DNA of 43,611 bases from Reclinomonas americana ATCC 50394 (GCA_048213135.1 PS015286.1:1-43611); one strand, 5' to 3'. Counted from the first letter of the stretch, positions 23,501-36,262 are shown. Notes: generated by a model not told the origin, from the letters alone. Translations and numbers: made by a program.

Positions 23501-25210
23501 CAAAGCATGTACGATCAGCACTGACTCTCTCTCATTGCCCTTCCTCTCTCTCCAGCGAACACCAACCTCCAATCGCACAATCTGCTGCGTGGTGATCTGG
23601 TGCGACCGTGCCACCTCCTCATCGTCCGGCACAGTCACCACCCACGGCAAAAACGAGCGATCCACAATGAGCGGCTGCCACAGATTCGGATCCCACTCCA
23701 ACTCCTTCAGCGTCGACCCCTGCTGCAAGCACGGCTCGCGACACAGCAGCATGACCACGTTCTCCTGCGAGGCCGGAATGAAGCCCAGCAGGAACACATT
23801 GCGGCATCCGCAATTGTAGCACTCCAGCTGTGTCTCGCCGAGCAGCGAATTGGGGTGGAGGGCGACCTCGCGCGACTTGGAGCGCACCAAGTGGTGCACA
23901 ATGTGCGAGGCCGACGTGATGCCGCGAGAGTTGCAGAACCACTTGCCGGTCTTGACGCATTTGACGACAGAGGTGGCAGAGGAGATGCCGCAGTAGCTGG
24001 GAGGGGGGAGGAAGAGAGGAGAGGTGAGGAAGAAGGCGAAGGGGAAGGGGAAGGTGGAGGGAAGAGGAGGAGAAGGAAGAGAGGGAGGAGAGGGAAGAGC
24101 GGGAAACAAGGAAGACAAGGGAGGGCTAAGAAGGAAGAGTATGAGAATGCTGATCAAATAGAGAAAGGGGTGGTGGTGTTGGTGGTGGTGGAGGAGGAGG
24201 ACAGCGAGATGCAGAAAGAGGAAACGAGGGAGAAGAGAGAAAAGAAGGAACAAGGAGAAGGGAACACGGAGACTACGGGGAGACAACAAGAGCGACAGAA
24301 TAATGAGAATGGACGTCACACAAGCAGCAAAAGCACACTGGACAGCGACACGGGGCAGAACAACGACAACAACGGGGAGGAGAAAGACAGACAGCCAGAG
24401 AGACAGAATAATGAGAATGAACGTCACGCGAATAGAAAGAAAGAGGTGTGCGAGAGCACATTGGACAGCGAGACAAGGAGACGAAGAGAACGAGACGAAG
24501 AGGGAAGCTGACAATTGAGAAGCCGGAAATGATCTCACTCTTCCCTCACACATCCCTCGCCCGTCCAATCTACTCACGCGCACGCATGCTCCGGCAACGC
24601 CTCCACCTCCTCCCCTCCCTGCCCATCAACCCCATCCGCAGACGCAGACGCCACTCCAGCTCCACCAGCAGCCGCCGCCGACTCCTCAAACACACCCGCA
24701 GTCGACATCGACCCAACCGGCTGCGACGCCCCAACCGCTCCCGCCGACAACATCAACGACGCCGCTCCATGCATCGGATCGTGCCAGTGACCCACTGCAC
24801 GACATGGCCAACCCATGTCAGCACACACTTTGGTCGTCAACAACACACAAAAGAGACAAGGCGCTCTCCCACTGACCACCGCCATCGGGCTGTGTAGGCG
24901 CCGTCCCGCCACCAGCTCCAACTCCACTGAGAAACTCTTGCGTGAACTGCTGTGTCAACATGGCCGGGTGGTGGTGCAAGTGACTTTGACGAGCGGCGGC
25001 GGCAGAGGAAGGCGCCATTTCCGCGTGCTCATAGTCGTCATCGTCGTCGATGAAGCCGCCGGCGCCAAGGCCGACAGGTGCTGCAGCGAGGGCGGGTCCT
25101 GCGGCTGCTGCAGCAGATGCAGCTGCTGCTGTGGCTCGTCCTGCGCGTGGCAGGTGCGACGACGAGTCGGTGTCGTCGAGCCAGTAGTCGTCTTGCTGGC
25201 TGCTCAGCAT
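18579..25210 (-). CDS. UPF1: Regulator of nonsense transcripts 1 (UPF1) SF1 helicase
   Basis: CH domain (HACAYCGI...[21 protein letters not shown]...[19 protein letters not shown]), [58 protein letters not shown], and S/TQ-rich termini. Start and last exons are inferred; one N-gap lies in an intron. Confidence 0.95.
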
Positions 25211-25871
25211 TCGTTCGAGTGTGATTTTGTGAGGGACAAGCCGAGTTTCCGCCGTCTTTTCGCAATTCAACGCACCGCTCTCCTCGTCTCTATCCTGCTG
25301 CACTTGTGGCACCACCGCCACCGCAGCGGCGTCGTGCGTGCATTTTCACTGCGTCGCTGTCGACGTCGACGTCGGAAAAATTGCAAGCACTTTCTGTCGC
25401 GCTCGTTTCTTTCCCATCTCACTGCCGAAGCCGTGCACATGAGTAACCACTGCCGCCACTCACGCGCTCATATGCAGATCGTCGAGCACCAATCTCTCGC
25501 CTTCGCCGACGTTCCGCCTGTTGATCGGAGTGGAGTGATGGAATCTCAATCACTCACTCAACCCAGCAGGTTCGTGCGCGATCCACAGCCCCGTGGCCGC
25601 TGTCTGTGCCCTGTGTTGTGTGTGTATACGTGCCTCCCATGTCTCCTGCGTGTGCGTGCGTNNNNNNNNNNNNNNNNNNNNNNNNNNNNNNNNNNNNNNN
25701 NNNNNNNNNNNNNNNNNNNNNNNNNNNNNNNNNNNNNNNNNNNNNNNNNNNNNNNNNNNNNNGAGAGAGAGAGAAGCGGCATCAGATGCACATCGCCACT
25801 CCACACTCTCACACTCTTCTGCTCTGCTCTGTATCCCTTCCTCCTCCTCGTCCTCTGCAGCGAGCATGAAC

Positions 25872-25997
25872 CTTGGTGCGGCGGACACGCTTGATGCCCG
25901 AGGCATTGCCGCCCTGCTTGACGGCCTTGTTGGCCTTCTTCGCACGAGCAATCTCTTGTTCGCGCGGACGCGACGCCGGCTTGACAGCACGAGGCAT
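25872..25997 (-). CDS. RPL23A: 60S ribosomal protein L23a, first coding exon (on an apparently inverted contig)
   Basis: MPRAVKPASRPREQEIARAKKANKAVKQGGNASGIKRVRRTK followed by a GT donor. Matches the eukaryotic L23a N-terminal extension and joins in frame to VHFFRPKTL. Confidence 0.8.
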
Positions 25998-26176
25998 GGA
26001 TTATACTAACACGCGCAACACACAACACAGAGCAGTCAGCATCACTGAACGGGGGAGAGAGAGGGAGTGGAAAGGCGCGTCGCATGTCACGCACATGCAC
26101 ATGCCATGACACACAAAGACACAGCGCACGCACGCACACGCACNNNNNNNNNNNNNNNNNNNNTCGCCCCCCACAG

Positions 26177-26733
26177 GTGCACTTCTTCCGACCCAAGACG
26201 CTGAAGCTGCCGCGCAACCCGAAGGTCGTGCGCAAGTCTGTGTCGCGCCTGCCCAAGATGGACCAGGTGAGTGATTTTCTTCAGCAGGGTGTGTCATGAT
26301 TGATTGTCACTGACTCTTGCCGTTGTTGTAGTTCCGCGTGCTCAAGCACCCGCTCACCTCTGAGTCGTCGATGAAGAAGATTGAGGTACACTTGACTCCC
26401 GCGCACACGTCGAGAGAGAATGGCAGGCCGCAGGCTTACGCATGAATGGGATCGCAGGATCACAACACGTTGACGTTCATTGTCGACCTGCAAGCCAACA
26501 AGAACCAGATCAAGCAGGCCGTGAAGAAGATGTACTCGGTCGAGGTCGCCAAGGTCAACACCCTGGTCCGGTGCGTTTGTTCATTCATTCAGGAGAGGGA
26601 GGATTGTGATGCTGCAGGGTGCTGACTATTTTTCGTGTGTTTCGACAGCCCCGATGGCAAGAAGAAGGCGTACGTCAGGCTGAAGCCCGACCACGATGCC
26701 CTCGACACTGCCAGCAAGATTGGCCTGATTTAA
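26177..26733 (+). CDS. RPL23A: 60S ribosomal protein L23a, exons 2-5
   Basis: Exons 26177-26266, 26332-26385, 26458-26570 and 26649-26733 give [16 protein letters not shown]...[39 protein letters not shown]...[18 protein letters not shown]...IGLI*. Confidence 0.95.
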
Positions 26734-27017
26734 GCACTCTCTCTCTGTGGTGTTGGGCGAATTCGTGCGTTGTGGTGGGAGGATGTCTGCGAGGCAGTGG
26801 ATGGTTGGGCACGGCGGTGATGCGGTGAGGGTGGGTGGGGGGAGGTAGCAGGCGGTGGACGCATGTAGTGTGTGTGCATGCCTTGCTACGCCCCTTCTTC
26901 TCTCGCCAGTCGCTCGCTTTGCTGACTTGACACTCTGGGTAAACAAACAAAAACGATCATCAATCATCTGACTCTTTCGTGCCTGTCTCTACACTGCTCG
27001 ACGTGGAGGCGCAGTAA

Positions 27018-28227
27018 TCATTCTCGCTCCTCTTCCTCATCGTCATCATCGCCGCCGAGCTCGCCAGCCTCCTCGAGCAGCACAGCGCGGACGGCCGAGT
27101 TGGCGGCGACGTCGGACGGCTTCAATTTCTCCTTGTTCTCAATGTCGGTGCGCGCTCCGCTCTCCAGCAAGAACGTCACCACCTGTGTGTGTGCATCCCT
27201 CCCGGCGTCAGCGAGAGACATTAGTGAGAGAGTGAGTGAGGGGAACCAACGAAACATGCAAAAGGCCTTCGGTCGCCGCCAAATGCAGCGGCGTGTTGCC
27301 TTCGGCGTTGACCACGTCGAGCAGGGCGTTGCGTTCGACCAGCATGGAGGCGATCAGTGGATCGTCCTTGTTGACGCAGGCGCGATGCAGAGGGTACTCT
27401 TGCCGCGTATCCTGCCGCGTAACAAGAAGCGCCAATGAGCACGGCGATGATGGCACGATGGATGACATCGTCGAAAACGCAACAGCAATGTTCGGGTTTG
27501 CGCCATTGGCGAGCAGGATCTCGACGACCTTGACGTGCGCACGCGAGGCGGCATAGAACAGCGCCGTCCGTCGTTCCTCGGTCTGCGGAGGGGCATCGAG
27601 TGAGAGAGGCGAGAGGATAGGGTGAGAGAGGAAAGAGATCGTGAAGGATACCATCTCGTTGATCAGGGCCTCCAGTTCGAGCAGCTTCACCACGACCTTG
27701 TCGTGGCCGGCACTGGCGGCGGAGATGAGCGGGGTGTAGCCGCCCTCGTCGCGGGTGTTGACCTGGGAGAAGAAGAGAGGGAGGAGGGGATGAGGGACAA
27801 GGAGGAAAGGAGAGGGCAGGAGAGGGAGAAGAGCGGGCGAGACAAGGCAGACAACATCACTCTGAGGATGAGAAGGGCAGCAAGGCGATCTTTCTCTCAG
27901 AGGATAAGTCTCACTCTCTATGCATAGATGCACAACATGCTGCTGACTCTCTCTCTCTCTCTCNNNNNNNNNNNNNNNNNNNNNNNNNNNNNNNNNNNNN
28001 NNNNNNNNNNNNNNNNNNNNNNNNNNNNNNNNNNNNNNNNNNNNNNNNNTGCCCAGTGCAACAGCGTTCGCCCATCAGCATCCTGCCACACAGTGTGAGA
28101 GACAGCTCATCCCTCTCGCCTCTCACAGCCCACTCACCCTCTGATTGATGTCCACTCGTCCAGTGGCCAGCATCTGCGCGACCTTGTGCTGCTCACCATC
28201 ACGCACAGCTTCCACGGCGGCCTCCAT
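27018..28227 (-). CDS. Ankyrin-repeat protein, gankyrin/PSMD10(Nas6)-like
   Basis: DADGRTLLHW, DEGGYTPLISAASAGH, RTALFYAASRAH, EYPLHRAC, EGNTPLHLAATEG. About 7 ANK repeats with an acidic tail; one exon is partly in an N-gap. Confidence 0.75.
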
Positions 28228-28330
28228 GAGTGCGTAAAACGAGCTTTTGTTGAGTTTGAGTTGTCCTACAATTCGCCTCCACAGAGCGCAAACATGCCGT
28301 GCATGCGATTCGCTTGAGTCGATGAGCTGT

Positions 28331-28402
28331 GATCCGTTGGTGTAGTGGTATCATTCCAGTTTTGGGTACTGGAGGCCGTGGGTTCGATCCCCACACGGGT
28401 CC
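28331..28402 (+). tRNA. tRNA-Pro (anticodon TGG), intronless
   Basis: Cloverleaf: acceptor GATCCGT/ACGGGTC, D-arm TGGTGTAGTGGTATCATT, anticodon stem CCAGT/ACTGG with loop TTTGGGT, T-arm GTGGG-TTCGATC-CCCAC, discriminator C. Confidence 0.92.
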
Positions 28403-28422
28403 TTTACTTTTTGATTTTTTTT
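28403..28422 (+). terminator. RNA polymerase III oligo-T terminator
   Basis: Oligo-T runs (TTT, then two longer T tracts) directly after the tRNA 3' end. Confidence 0.7.
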
Positions 28423-28570
28423 GCTGCTTTCCCCCTTGTTCCACCCGTAGCATACTGCAGAGCAGAGACGGAGAGAGACTGTCTGTCACTCCGAGTGTTT
28501 CCTCTCATTTTTTTTTGGGAATTGTAGACAAACGAAGCTGCCACGTCATCACACCACATCATCATCAATC

Positions 28571-29090
28571 ATGCGCGCAGGCAGCAAGCACCACCGCAAG
28601 CAAGAGAAGCCCGAGGAGGACGACGAGGAGGAGGAGATGGAGACGGAGGAGGAGGAAGAGGATCACGACGACGAAGAGGAGGAGGATGACGAGGATGGGT
28701 CGTCGGTGGATGATGTGAATGTGCACATGGCCGGTTCCTCGTCTTCCTCGTCTTTCTCTTCTGCGCCGGCTGTGGTTGAAGAGACAACGTTTGAGGCGCT
28801 GGGAGTGTGCCCGCAACTGTGTGGATCGTGTCGTGCGCTCAAGTGGAGTGCGCCGACGGAGATTCAGCGGGAGGCGATTCCGGTGGCGTTGCAGGGTGAG
28901 TGATAAGGGGAGAGAGAGAGGGGGAGAGCTGGGGAGAGAGAGAAGGAGAGAGAAGGGACTGTTGACAGGGGCATGAAAGAGATGTGAGAGAGACAAGTGG
29001 GAGAGAGAGCGATAGAGAGAGAGAGAGAGAGATAGAGGGAGAGAGAAGGGACTGTTGACAAGGACATAAAAGATACAAGAGAGACAAGTG

Positions 29091-29147
<57 letters not shown>

Positions 29148-32100
29148 NNNNNNNNNNNNNNNNNNNNNNNNNNNNNNNNNNNNNNNNNNNNNNNNNNNNN
29201 NNNNNNNNNNNNNNNNNNNNNNNNNNNNNNNNNNNNNNNNNNNNNNNNNNNNNNNNNNNNNNNNNNNNNNNNNNNNNNNNNNNNNNNNNNNNNNNNNNNN
29301 NNNNNNNNNNNNNNNNNNNNNNNNNNNNNNNNNNNNNNNNNNNNNNNNNNNNNNNNNNNNNNNNNNNNNNNNNNNNNNNNNNNNNNNNNNNNNNNNNNNN
29401 NNNNNNNNNNNNNNNNNNNNNNNNNNNNNNNNNNNNNNNNNNNNNNNNNNNNNNNNNNNNNNNNNNNNNNNNNNNNNNNNNNNNNNNNNNNNNNNNNNNN
29501 NNNNNNNNNNNNNNNNNNNNNNNNNNNNNNNNNNNNNNNNNNNNNNNNNNNNNNNNNNNNNNNNNNNNNNNNNNNNNNNNNNNNNNNNNNNNNNNNNNNN
29601 NNNNNNNNNNNNNNNNNNNNNNNNNNNNNNNNNNNNNNNNNNNNNNNNNNNNNNNNNNNNNNNNNNNNNNNNNNNNNNNNNNNNNNNNNNNNNNNNNNNN
29701 NNNNNNNNNNNNNNNNNNNNNNNNNNNNNTTGCAGTAGACGCCTGTTCTGCAGATTTCGACCTGTCTCCGTGCAAGAACAGATGAGAAAGCGAGAACGAG
29801 TGCTGATTAAGGGAGATTGAGAAGAGGCAGGTTACGGAGAGACTGCCAGGAAGGTATGCAAGAGGGCAGACGTGGTGAGGGGAGAGAGAAGGACGACAGG
29901 AACAGCCATGTGCGTTGGTTATTCTGCACACTGTTCGTGAAAGAATGGGCGAGAACCAGCGGCGACTAAGCTGGAGAGAAAAGTCAATGAAACAGAAGGG
30001 GCAGAGCCACAGCCAGGCAGATGAATAGAGCGATGGAGACAGCTCTCTGGCTCTCTTATCCCAGTCGCTATCACCCTCTCTGCGTGTCTTTCTCTTCTTC
30101 GTCTGCCTCTCTCCTTCACTGTCACTGTCTTTCTCTTCTTCTTCTTCTTCTCTCTCACTCTCTCTGCTTCTCTTCCTTTCTGTCGTCGTCATTCTTCTTC
30201 CTCCCTCCCTCCTCGCCCATCCCTCTTTCTCTCACAGTCCTGTTCTCTCACTTCCCTACTCCTCTTCCCAATCCCTTCTCCCTCCTTCCCCTCTCACCCT
30301 CTTCCCGCTTCCAGGACGCGACATCATCGGCCTGGCGAAAACCGGCAGCGGCAAGACAGCGGCCTTTGTGCTGCCAATCCTGCAAGCACTGCTCGACCAA
30401 CCGGGCGTCGCCCCCGCCTATTTCGCCGTCATTCTCGCACCCACGCGGTTCGCCTCCCCATTCCCTCGCACACACGCTCTCCTCCCCCGTTCTCCACCAC
30501 CTCTCATCGCTGCCCCCGTTGTGCACAGTGAACTGGCGTACCAGATCAACGATCAGGTGGTCGCCCTCGGCACCGACATTCGCGTCAAGTCGTGTGTGAT
30601 TGTCGGTGGTGTGGACTCGACACAGCAGGCGCTGGCGCTGGCCAAGAAGCCGCACATTGTGATTGCGACTCCGGGTCGTCTCATTGACCACCTGGAGAAC
30701 ACCAAGGGCTTCCATTTGAAGAACTTGAAGTATTTGGTGCTCGACGAGGCCGACAAGATGCTGGGGTTGGATTTCGAGGTCGAACTCAACAAGCTGCTGC
30801 AAGTGATCCCGCGCGATCGACGAACATACCTCTTCTCGGCCACCATGACCTCGAAGGTGGCCAAGCTGCAAAAGGCCTCCCTGTCCGATCCCGTCAAGCT
30901 GCAAGTGTCCTCCAGCAAGTACGCGACGGTGCGTTCGTTGTTTTCCCTCTTTTCGATGCACACACACACTGATCTTCGTGAGCGCACAGGTCGACACATT
31001 GATTCAGAACTACATTTTGATGCCCGAGGCCCACAAGACCTGCTACCTCGTCTACCTGCTCACGGAGTTTGCCGGCAATACGGTCATTGTGTTCACGTCC
31101 ACGTGCGCCACCGCACAACGACTGGCCATTGCATTGCGGTTGCGTTGTTCATACACAAAAAAACGCTGCTGCTGGCAATCTCACTCGTCGCTGTGATTGC
31201 AGGGCGCTGGGAATGGGTGCTATTCCGCTGCACGGCCAAATGTCACAACCGAAGCGCCTCGGTGCGCTGAACAAGTTCAAGGCACGCCAACGAAATATCT
31301 TGCTGGCCACTGATGTCGCTGCGCGGTGAGTGTGGTGGCTGGGGACGGGAGAAGGCGTTGGTAATTCGTTCTTTCGCGTGCATGCATCGTTCACCTGTTT
31401 GTTTCATCGTCGTACGCTATCTGTTGTATTTTGACTTCTCGTTTCGACGTTACTCTTCTTACTGTGCCTGTGTACTCCCTGTCGCCTTGCGTGTGTCATC
31501 CGAAGTCTCTTCGCTCCCCCGATTTATCGCTCACTATTTCGTGCCCCTGGCACACTTCGTCTTAATTACGTGGCAGTTCCTCATTTCGCCTCTTTGTTCA
31601 TCATTGTGCGTGTCTCTCGTCCTTCGACGCATCCAGCCTCTCTCTCATCCTCTCTGTTGCTTCTTCTGTTCGCCTCTCTCTTCTTCCTCCGGCCTGTGCC
31701 ACTCCATGCATGTGTTTCCCCTCGTTTCCTCTCCCAAGTTGGTGTCGCTTTCTCTCATTTCCACTCCTCTTCCTTCTGTATCGCCTCTCCATCCTGTTCC
31801 CTTCCATCACCCACTGATCCGTTCCCTTACATCGCCCTCTCATCCGTTCCCCTTTATCAGCATTCCATCTTCCCCTTTTTTCACCCTCCCATCCTTTCTC
31901 CCTTCACCCCTCTCCCGTTTCCTCACCCTTCCCCCTTCCCCATCCCTTCCCTTTCCTCACCCTTCCCCCTTCCCCATCCCTTCCCGTTTCCTCACCCTTC
32001 CCCCTTCCCCATCCCTTCCCTATCCTAACCCTTCCCCTTTACCCCCTTGGCAGTGGCCTGGACATCCCCGCCGTCGACCTGGTGGTCAACTTTGACCTGC

Positions 32101-32339
32101 CGACCAACGCCAAGGCCTACATTCATCGCGTGGGTCGCACTGCGCGTGCCGGCAAGAGCGGTCGCGCCATCTCCTTTGTGACGCAGTACGATGTGGAGCT
32201 GCTGCAGCGCGTGGAGATGTTGCTCGGCTTCAAGCTCGCACCGTTCCCCACCGAGGAGGAGGCGGTGCTGTTGTTGCGTGAGCGCACCGAAGACGCACTG
32301 CGTCTGGCGGCCATGGAGATGCGCGAACTGGAGGATTCG
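28571..32339 (+). CDS. DDX47: DEAD-box RNA helicase DDX47/RRP3 (3' end lost in gap)
   Basis: Q-motif TFEALGV...[98 protein letters not shown]. Confidence 0.92.
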
Positions 32340-32767
32340 NNNNNNNNNNNNNNNNNNNNNNNNNNNNNNNNNNNNNNNNNNNNNNNNNNNNNNNNNNNNN
32401 NNNNNNNNNNNNNNNNNNNNNNNNNNNNNNNNNNNNNNNNNNNNNNNNNNNNNNNNNNNNNNNNNNNNNNNNNNNNNNNNNNNNNNNNNNNNNNNNNNNN
32501 NNNNNNNNNNNNNNNNNNNNNNNNNNNNNNNNNNNNNNNNNNNNNNNNNNNNNNNNNNNNNNNNNNNNNNNNNNNNNNNNNNNNNNNNNNNNNNNNNNNN
32601 NNNNNNNNNNNNNNNNNNNNNNNNNNNNNNNNNNNNNNNNNNNNNNNNNNNNNNNNNNNNNNNNNNNNNNNNNNNNNNNNNNNNNNNNNNNNNNNNNNNN
32701 NNNNNNNNNNNNNNNNNNNNNTCAGAGAAAAGGTGGAATCAGAGGGTGAGAGGAAGGGTGAACAAAC

Positions 32768-35700
32768 CAGCAATGGCACCAATGCAAGCCAAGCTCGAGC
32801 CCAGGTAGGCGAGCTGGCTCATCTGGCTGATGCCGGCAGCGTGGCCGGCCAGGTAGCCAGCGAGGAAGAGACCGCCGGGGATGGCGTACAGGTAGTTGTA
32901 CTCTGGCCTGTGACATGGAACGGCAGAGGTGAGTGAAAAATAAAGTATGCTTGAACACTCTTCAAACACGAAGGGGGGACGCAACGGGTCAGTGTCACGG
33001 CGGAACATCTCAAGCATGCGCTGAGTGACGAGGAAGCCGCCACCAATGTTGACGGCCGACACCAGCACAGCCAGCGACGCCAGGGTGCCACCGAACGAGC
33101 CTGTTGAAATGAATACAGTGTGAGCGACAAGGGTAGGAGATGGGGCACGGGCGCACAGCGGACGCAACTCGGCACCACACCACCGTTCATCAGCACGAGG
33201 CCGCCGACGGCAGTCATGCCCGACACGGCGTTCGTGACGGACATGAGCGGTGAGTGGAGAGCGGGAGTCACACCCCACACGACCTGTGCAGAGCGAGAAT
33301 TAGACATGAGGCTTGGTGCTTCATGCACTGCGGGAAGGGAGGTGGGGAGGACGCAACGTTGTAACCGACGATACCGGCCAGCGCGAACGTCATGCACATG
33401 TTGGAGAAGTTGACGTCGGGCGACGCGTAGCCGAGGGCCAGCAGCTGTCACCACACGTGAGCTGCGCTGCTGTTGCTCTTCTTGACGAAATCTCTCTCTC
33501 ATCCACGTACCACGCTCATGCCACCGCTGAGGCCCAGGGCCGACTGCATCGTCGACTTCCACATGTCCACAGGCTCAGCAACCTTCGGCACCGGCTTGGG
33601 CTTGGGAGTAGCCGGTGGCGGACCGACATTGCGATCCGGCGGCCACAGCAGGCGGCCTGCGTCAAAAAGTGAGGGAGGTGCAAGGAAGGGGAAAGAAATG
33701 GTGGCGTCGTACGTACCCTCCTGGTGGATAATGGCGCCACGCACGACATCGTCGTCGAGATCAATGCCAAACTCGCCCTTCACGTTGCCGACCGAGGTGA
33801 TGAACTTGGTAATGTTGTTGGCAAACAGAGTGCTGCGAGAGAGCGTATGTGATGAGAAGAGCACCAGTGACTAGAAAACGAANNNNNNNNNNNNNNNNNN
33901 NNNNNNNNNNNNNNNNNNNNNNNNNNNNNNNNNNNNNNNNNNNNNNNNNNNNNNNNNNNNNNNNNNNNNNNNNNNNNNNNNNNNNNNNNNNNNNNNNNNN
34001 NNNNNNNNNNNNNNNNNNNNNNNNNNNNNNNNNNNNNNNNNNNNNNNNNNNNNNNNNNNNNNNNNNNNNNNAGGAGAGAGGAGAGAGGAGAGAGGAGAGA
34101 GACGCACAACAGGATGGCAATCAAAAGGCGATGCATGCGCCGCCAATTCCATCACGCAACACACGATCGAGCGAGAGAGAGAAAGAAAAAGAAGAGATGC
34201 ACAAGAGCATTTTGAAGATTGAGTTTGAAGATGGCAGTCTCAGGCGATGCATGCGCCGCCAACTCCATCACCACGCAACACACCCACCCACCCACCCACC
34301 CACCCACATACACACACGAGAGAGAGAGAGAGAAAGAAGAGGCGCACAAGAGGGTGATAAGGCGATGCATGCACCGCCAATTCCGTCACCACACATACGA
34401 GAGAACGATACGCACACCAGGATGATAGAAAGGTTGGACAAGTATAACAGCGGTGATTCGAGTCCTCCCACTTCCCGTCACAATGTAATACTCCCGAGAC
34501 AGAGACAGTGAAAGTGAGACGGGTTCAACGAAGGTATTTCAAATCCTCCCATGGCCTTCGCCACGCGGCACAAGTGAGAGAGAGAGAGAGTGAGCGAGAA
34601 GGCGATGCACGATCACCCATTTCCATCGCCGCGAACAAAAGCGAACACATGCAGCTGACGAAAAACGAACTCATGCACGCTTCCCCACTGCACTCATTAT
34701 ACTCCGTACAGGAGCGGAAGAAACGAGAAAAGCAGGAAATGCAAATGCACGCCCACCCCACTTCCTCCCCCACCACCACGCAACGCACCGCACAATAGCA
34801 CCCATGTTCTTGGCAGTACCAATGGCCGCCAGACCGGCGACACCACCACCAATCACGAGCACCTTCGCGGGCGGCACCTTGCCGGCGGCAGTGATCTGGC
34901 CAGTGAAGAAGCGACCAAACTGGTTGCTGTGCACGACCCACCAATGCGGTGAGGAAGAGGAGGCAAAGCGAGGGAAAGCGAGAGTGCACACGGTCGACGA
35001 CGAAACGAAGCCTCCACCACGGCACGGTAGCCGGCAATGTTCGCCATCGACGAGAGCACGTCCATCGACTGAGCACGACTGATGCGCGGGACGCAGTCCA
35101 ACGCAAACGTCGTCATCTTCTTGGCGCCGAGCTTCTCCACGAGGGGCCTGCATGCATCGTCAATGAGCGACAACGATGCAACACACCAGCGCACGATCTG
35201 CCAAACTCAACTTGTTCAGGCCAGGTTGAATAATAGACACAAGAGTGGCACCGTCCTTCAACAGCGCAATCTCGGCATCAGACGGAGGGCGGACCTGTGG
35301 CAATAGTCAGCGACCATCAATCAATCGCCTCATTCGTCGACGTGGTATCGCGTTTCGGTTTCAACAAACCTTGAGCACCATGTCGGCACCCAGAGCCTCC
35401 TCCTTCTTCTTGGTGATGCGTGCACCAGCAGCCTCGTACGCCGCATCAGTGAACGACGACTCGGCACCAGCGCCCGACTCAACAACCACCTTTGCACACC
35501 ACGCAATTCAATATGACAAGCTGCAATCATGAAAAGTGAGAACAGAGAGAGTGAGGTTATAACCTTGAAGCCGGCCTTGACCAGCTGAGCGACAGTCTGC
35601 GGCGTTTGAGACACACTGCGTGACAGAAAGAGAGTGAGACATGGCCTCCGACATGTTTTTTTCTCAACTGCCACGACAGGTGCAGAGCGAGAGTCACAGT

Positions 35701-36148
35701 GGCATCGCGCATGCACACGTGTGTACGCGACAACAGGAGAGAGACAACAAAGAGAGAGCAAGAAAAAGGGGGGGTTTGCATTACACAAAAGTGAGTGACA
35801 TTTCTCGACTCACCGACGCTCCTTCGGCCAACTCTCCTTCGGCACACCCTATACGCACACACACAGGCATGAGCGCCTACCACTGCATCGCCCAACGCAT
35901 GCATCCACGCACGCAACAATCGTAATGTTGGAGTACTTGATGCCCTTCAAGTCCTTCTTCGGAGCCTCCTTCTTCTTCGCAGGAGCAGCGGCGGCGGCAG
36001 CGGGTGCAGCAGCAGCGGCCGGGGCAGCCTGCGCCAGCGCGACACGCGATGGCGCACCGACCAGAGTCGACAGCGCCGCAAAGCGAGTGGTGCCATGCAC
36101 GCTCACGCGTGACATGGGCGTCAGACGGCCAAGCAGACCGGCAAACAT
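32768..36148 (-). CDS. NNT: Mitochondrial NAD(P) transhydrogenase, alpha-beta fused type (middle and 3' parts lost in gaps)
   Basis: Presequence [119 protein letters not shown] continuing into the beta part. Confidence 0.95.
34126..34629. repeat. Intronic ~117-bp-period repeat with a conserved 30-bp partly palindromic core
   Basis: AGGCGATGCATGCGCCGCCAATTCCATCAC-like cores at 34126, 34242, 34360 and (degenerate) 34600. Confidence 0.8.
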
Positions 36149-36262
36149 GATTGGTCGTCTCTCGCTCCTTGCCTTGCTCGGGAAAAGGAGACGCGCTCGC
36201 TCACTATATCAGAGACGAGTGGACGTGAGGGACAACAAATGCAACTTCGAGCAGGTTGGTTT

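Larger units (their letters stand above)
20314..34071. other. Assembly gaps (N runs) at 20314-20452, 25662-25762, 26144-26163, 27964-28049, 29148-29729, 32340-32721 and 33883-34071
   Basis: Visible N runs, mostly flanked by (GA)n or (GTGC)n microsatellites. Confidence 0.95.

Noticed and set aside
32340-34071. NNT apparently lacking most of its beta domain and part of domain I; DDX47 lacking a stop
   Set aside because: The missing parts coincide with N-gaps that are probably under-sized, so this is not evidence of truncation or a split gene.
34126-34389. CRISPR-like array (30-bp palindromic repeats with spacers)
   Set aside because: It is in a eukaryotic intron, the ~87-bp spacers are related low-complexity sequence, and there are no cas genes.
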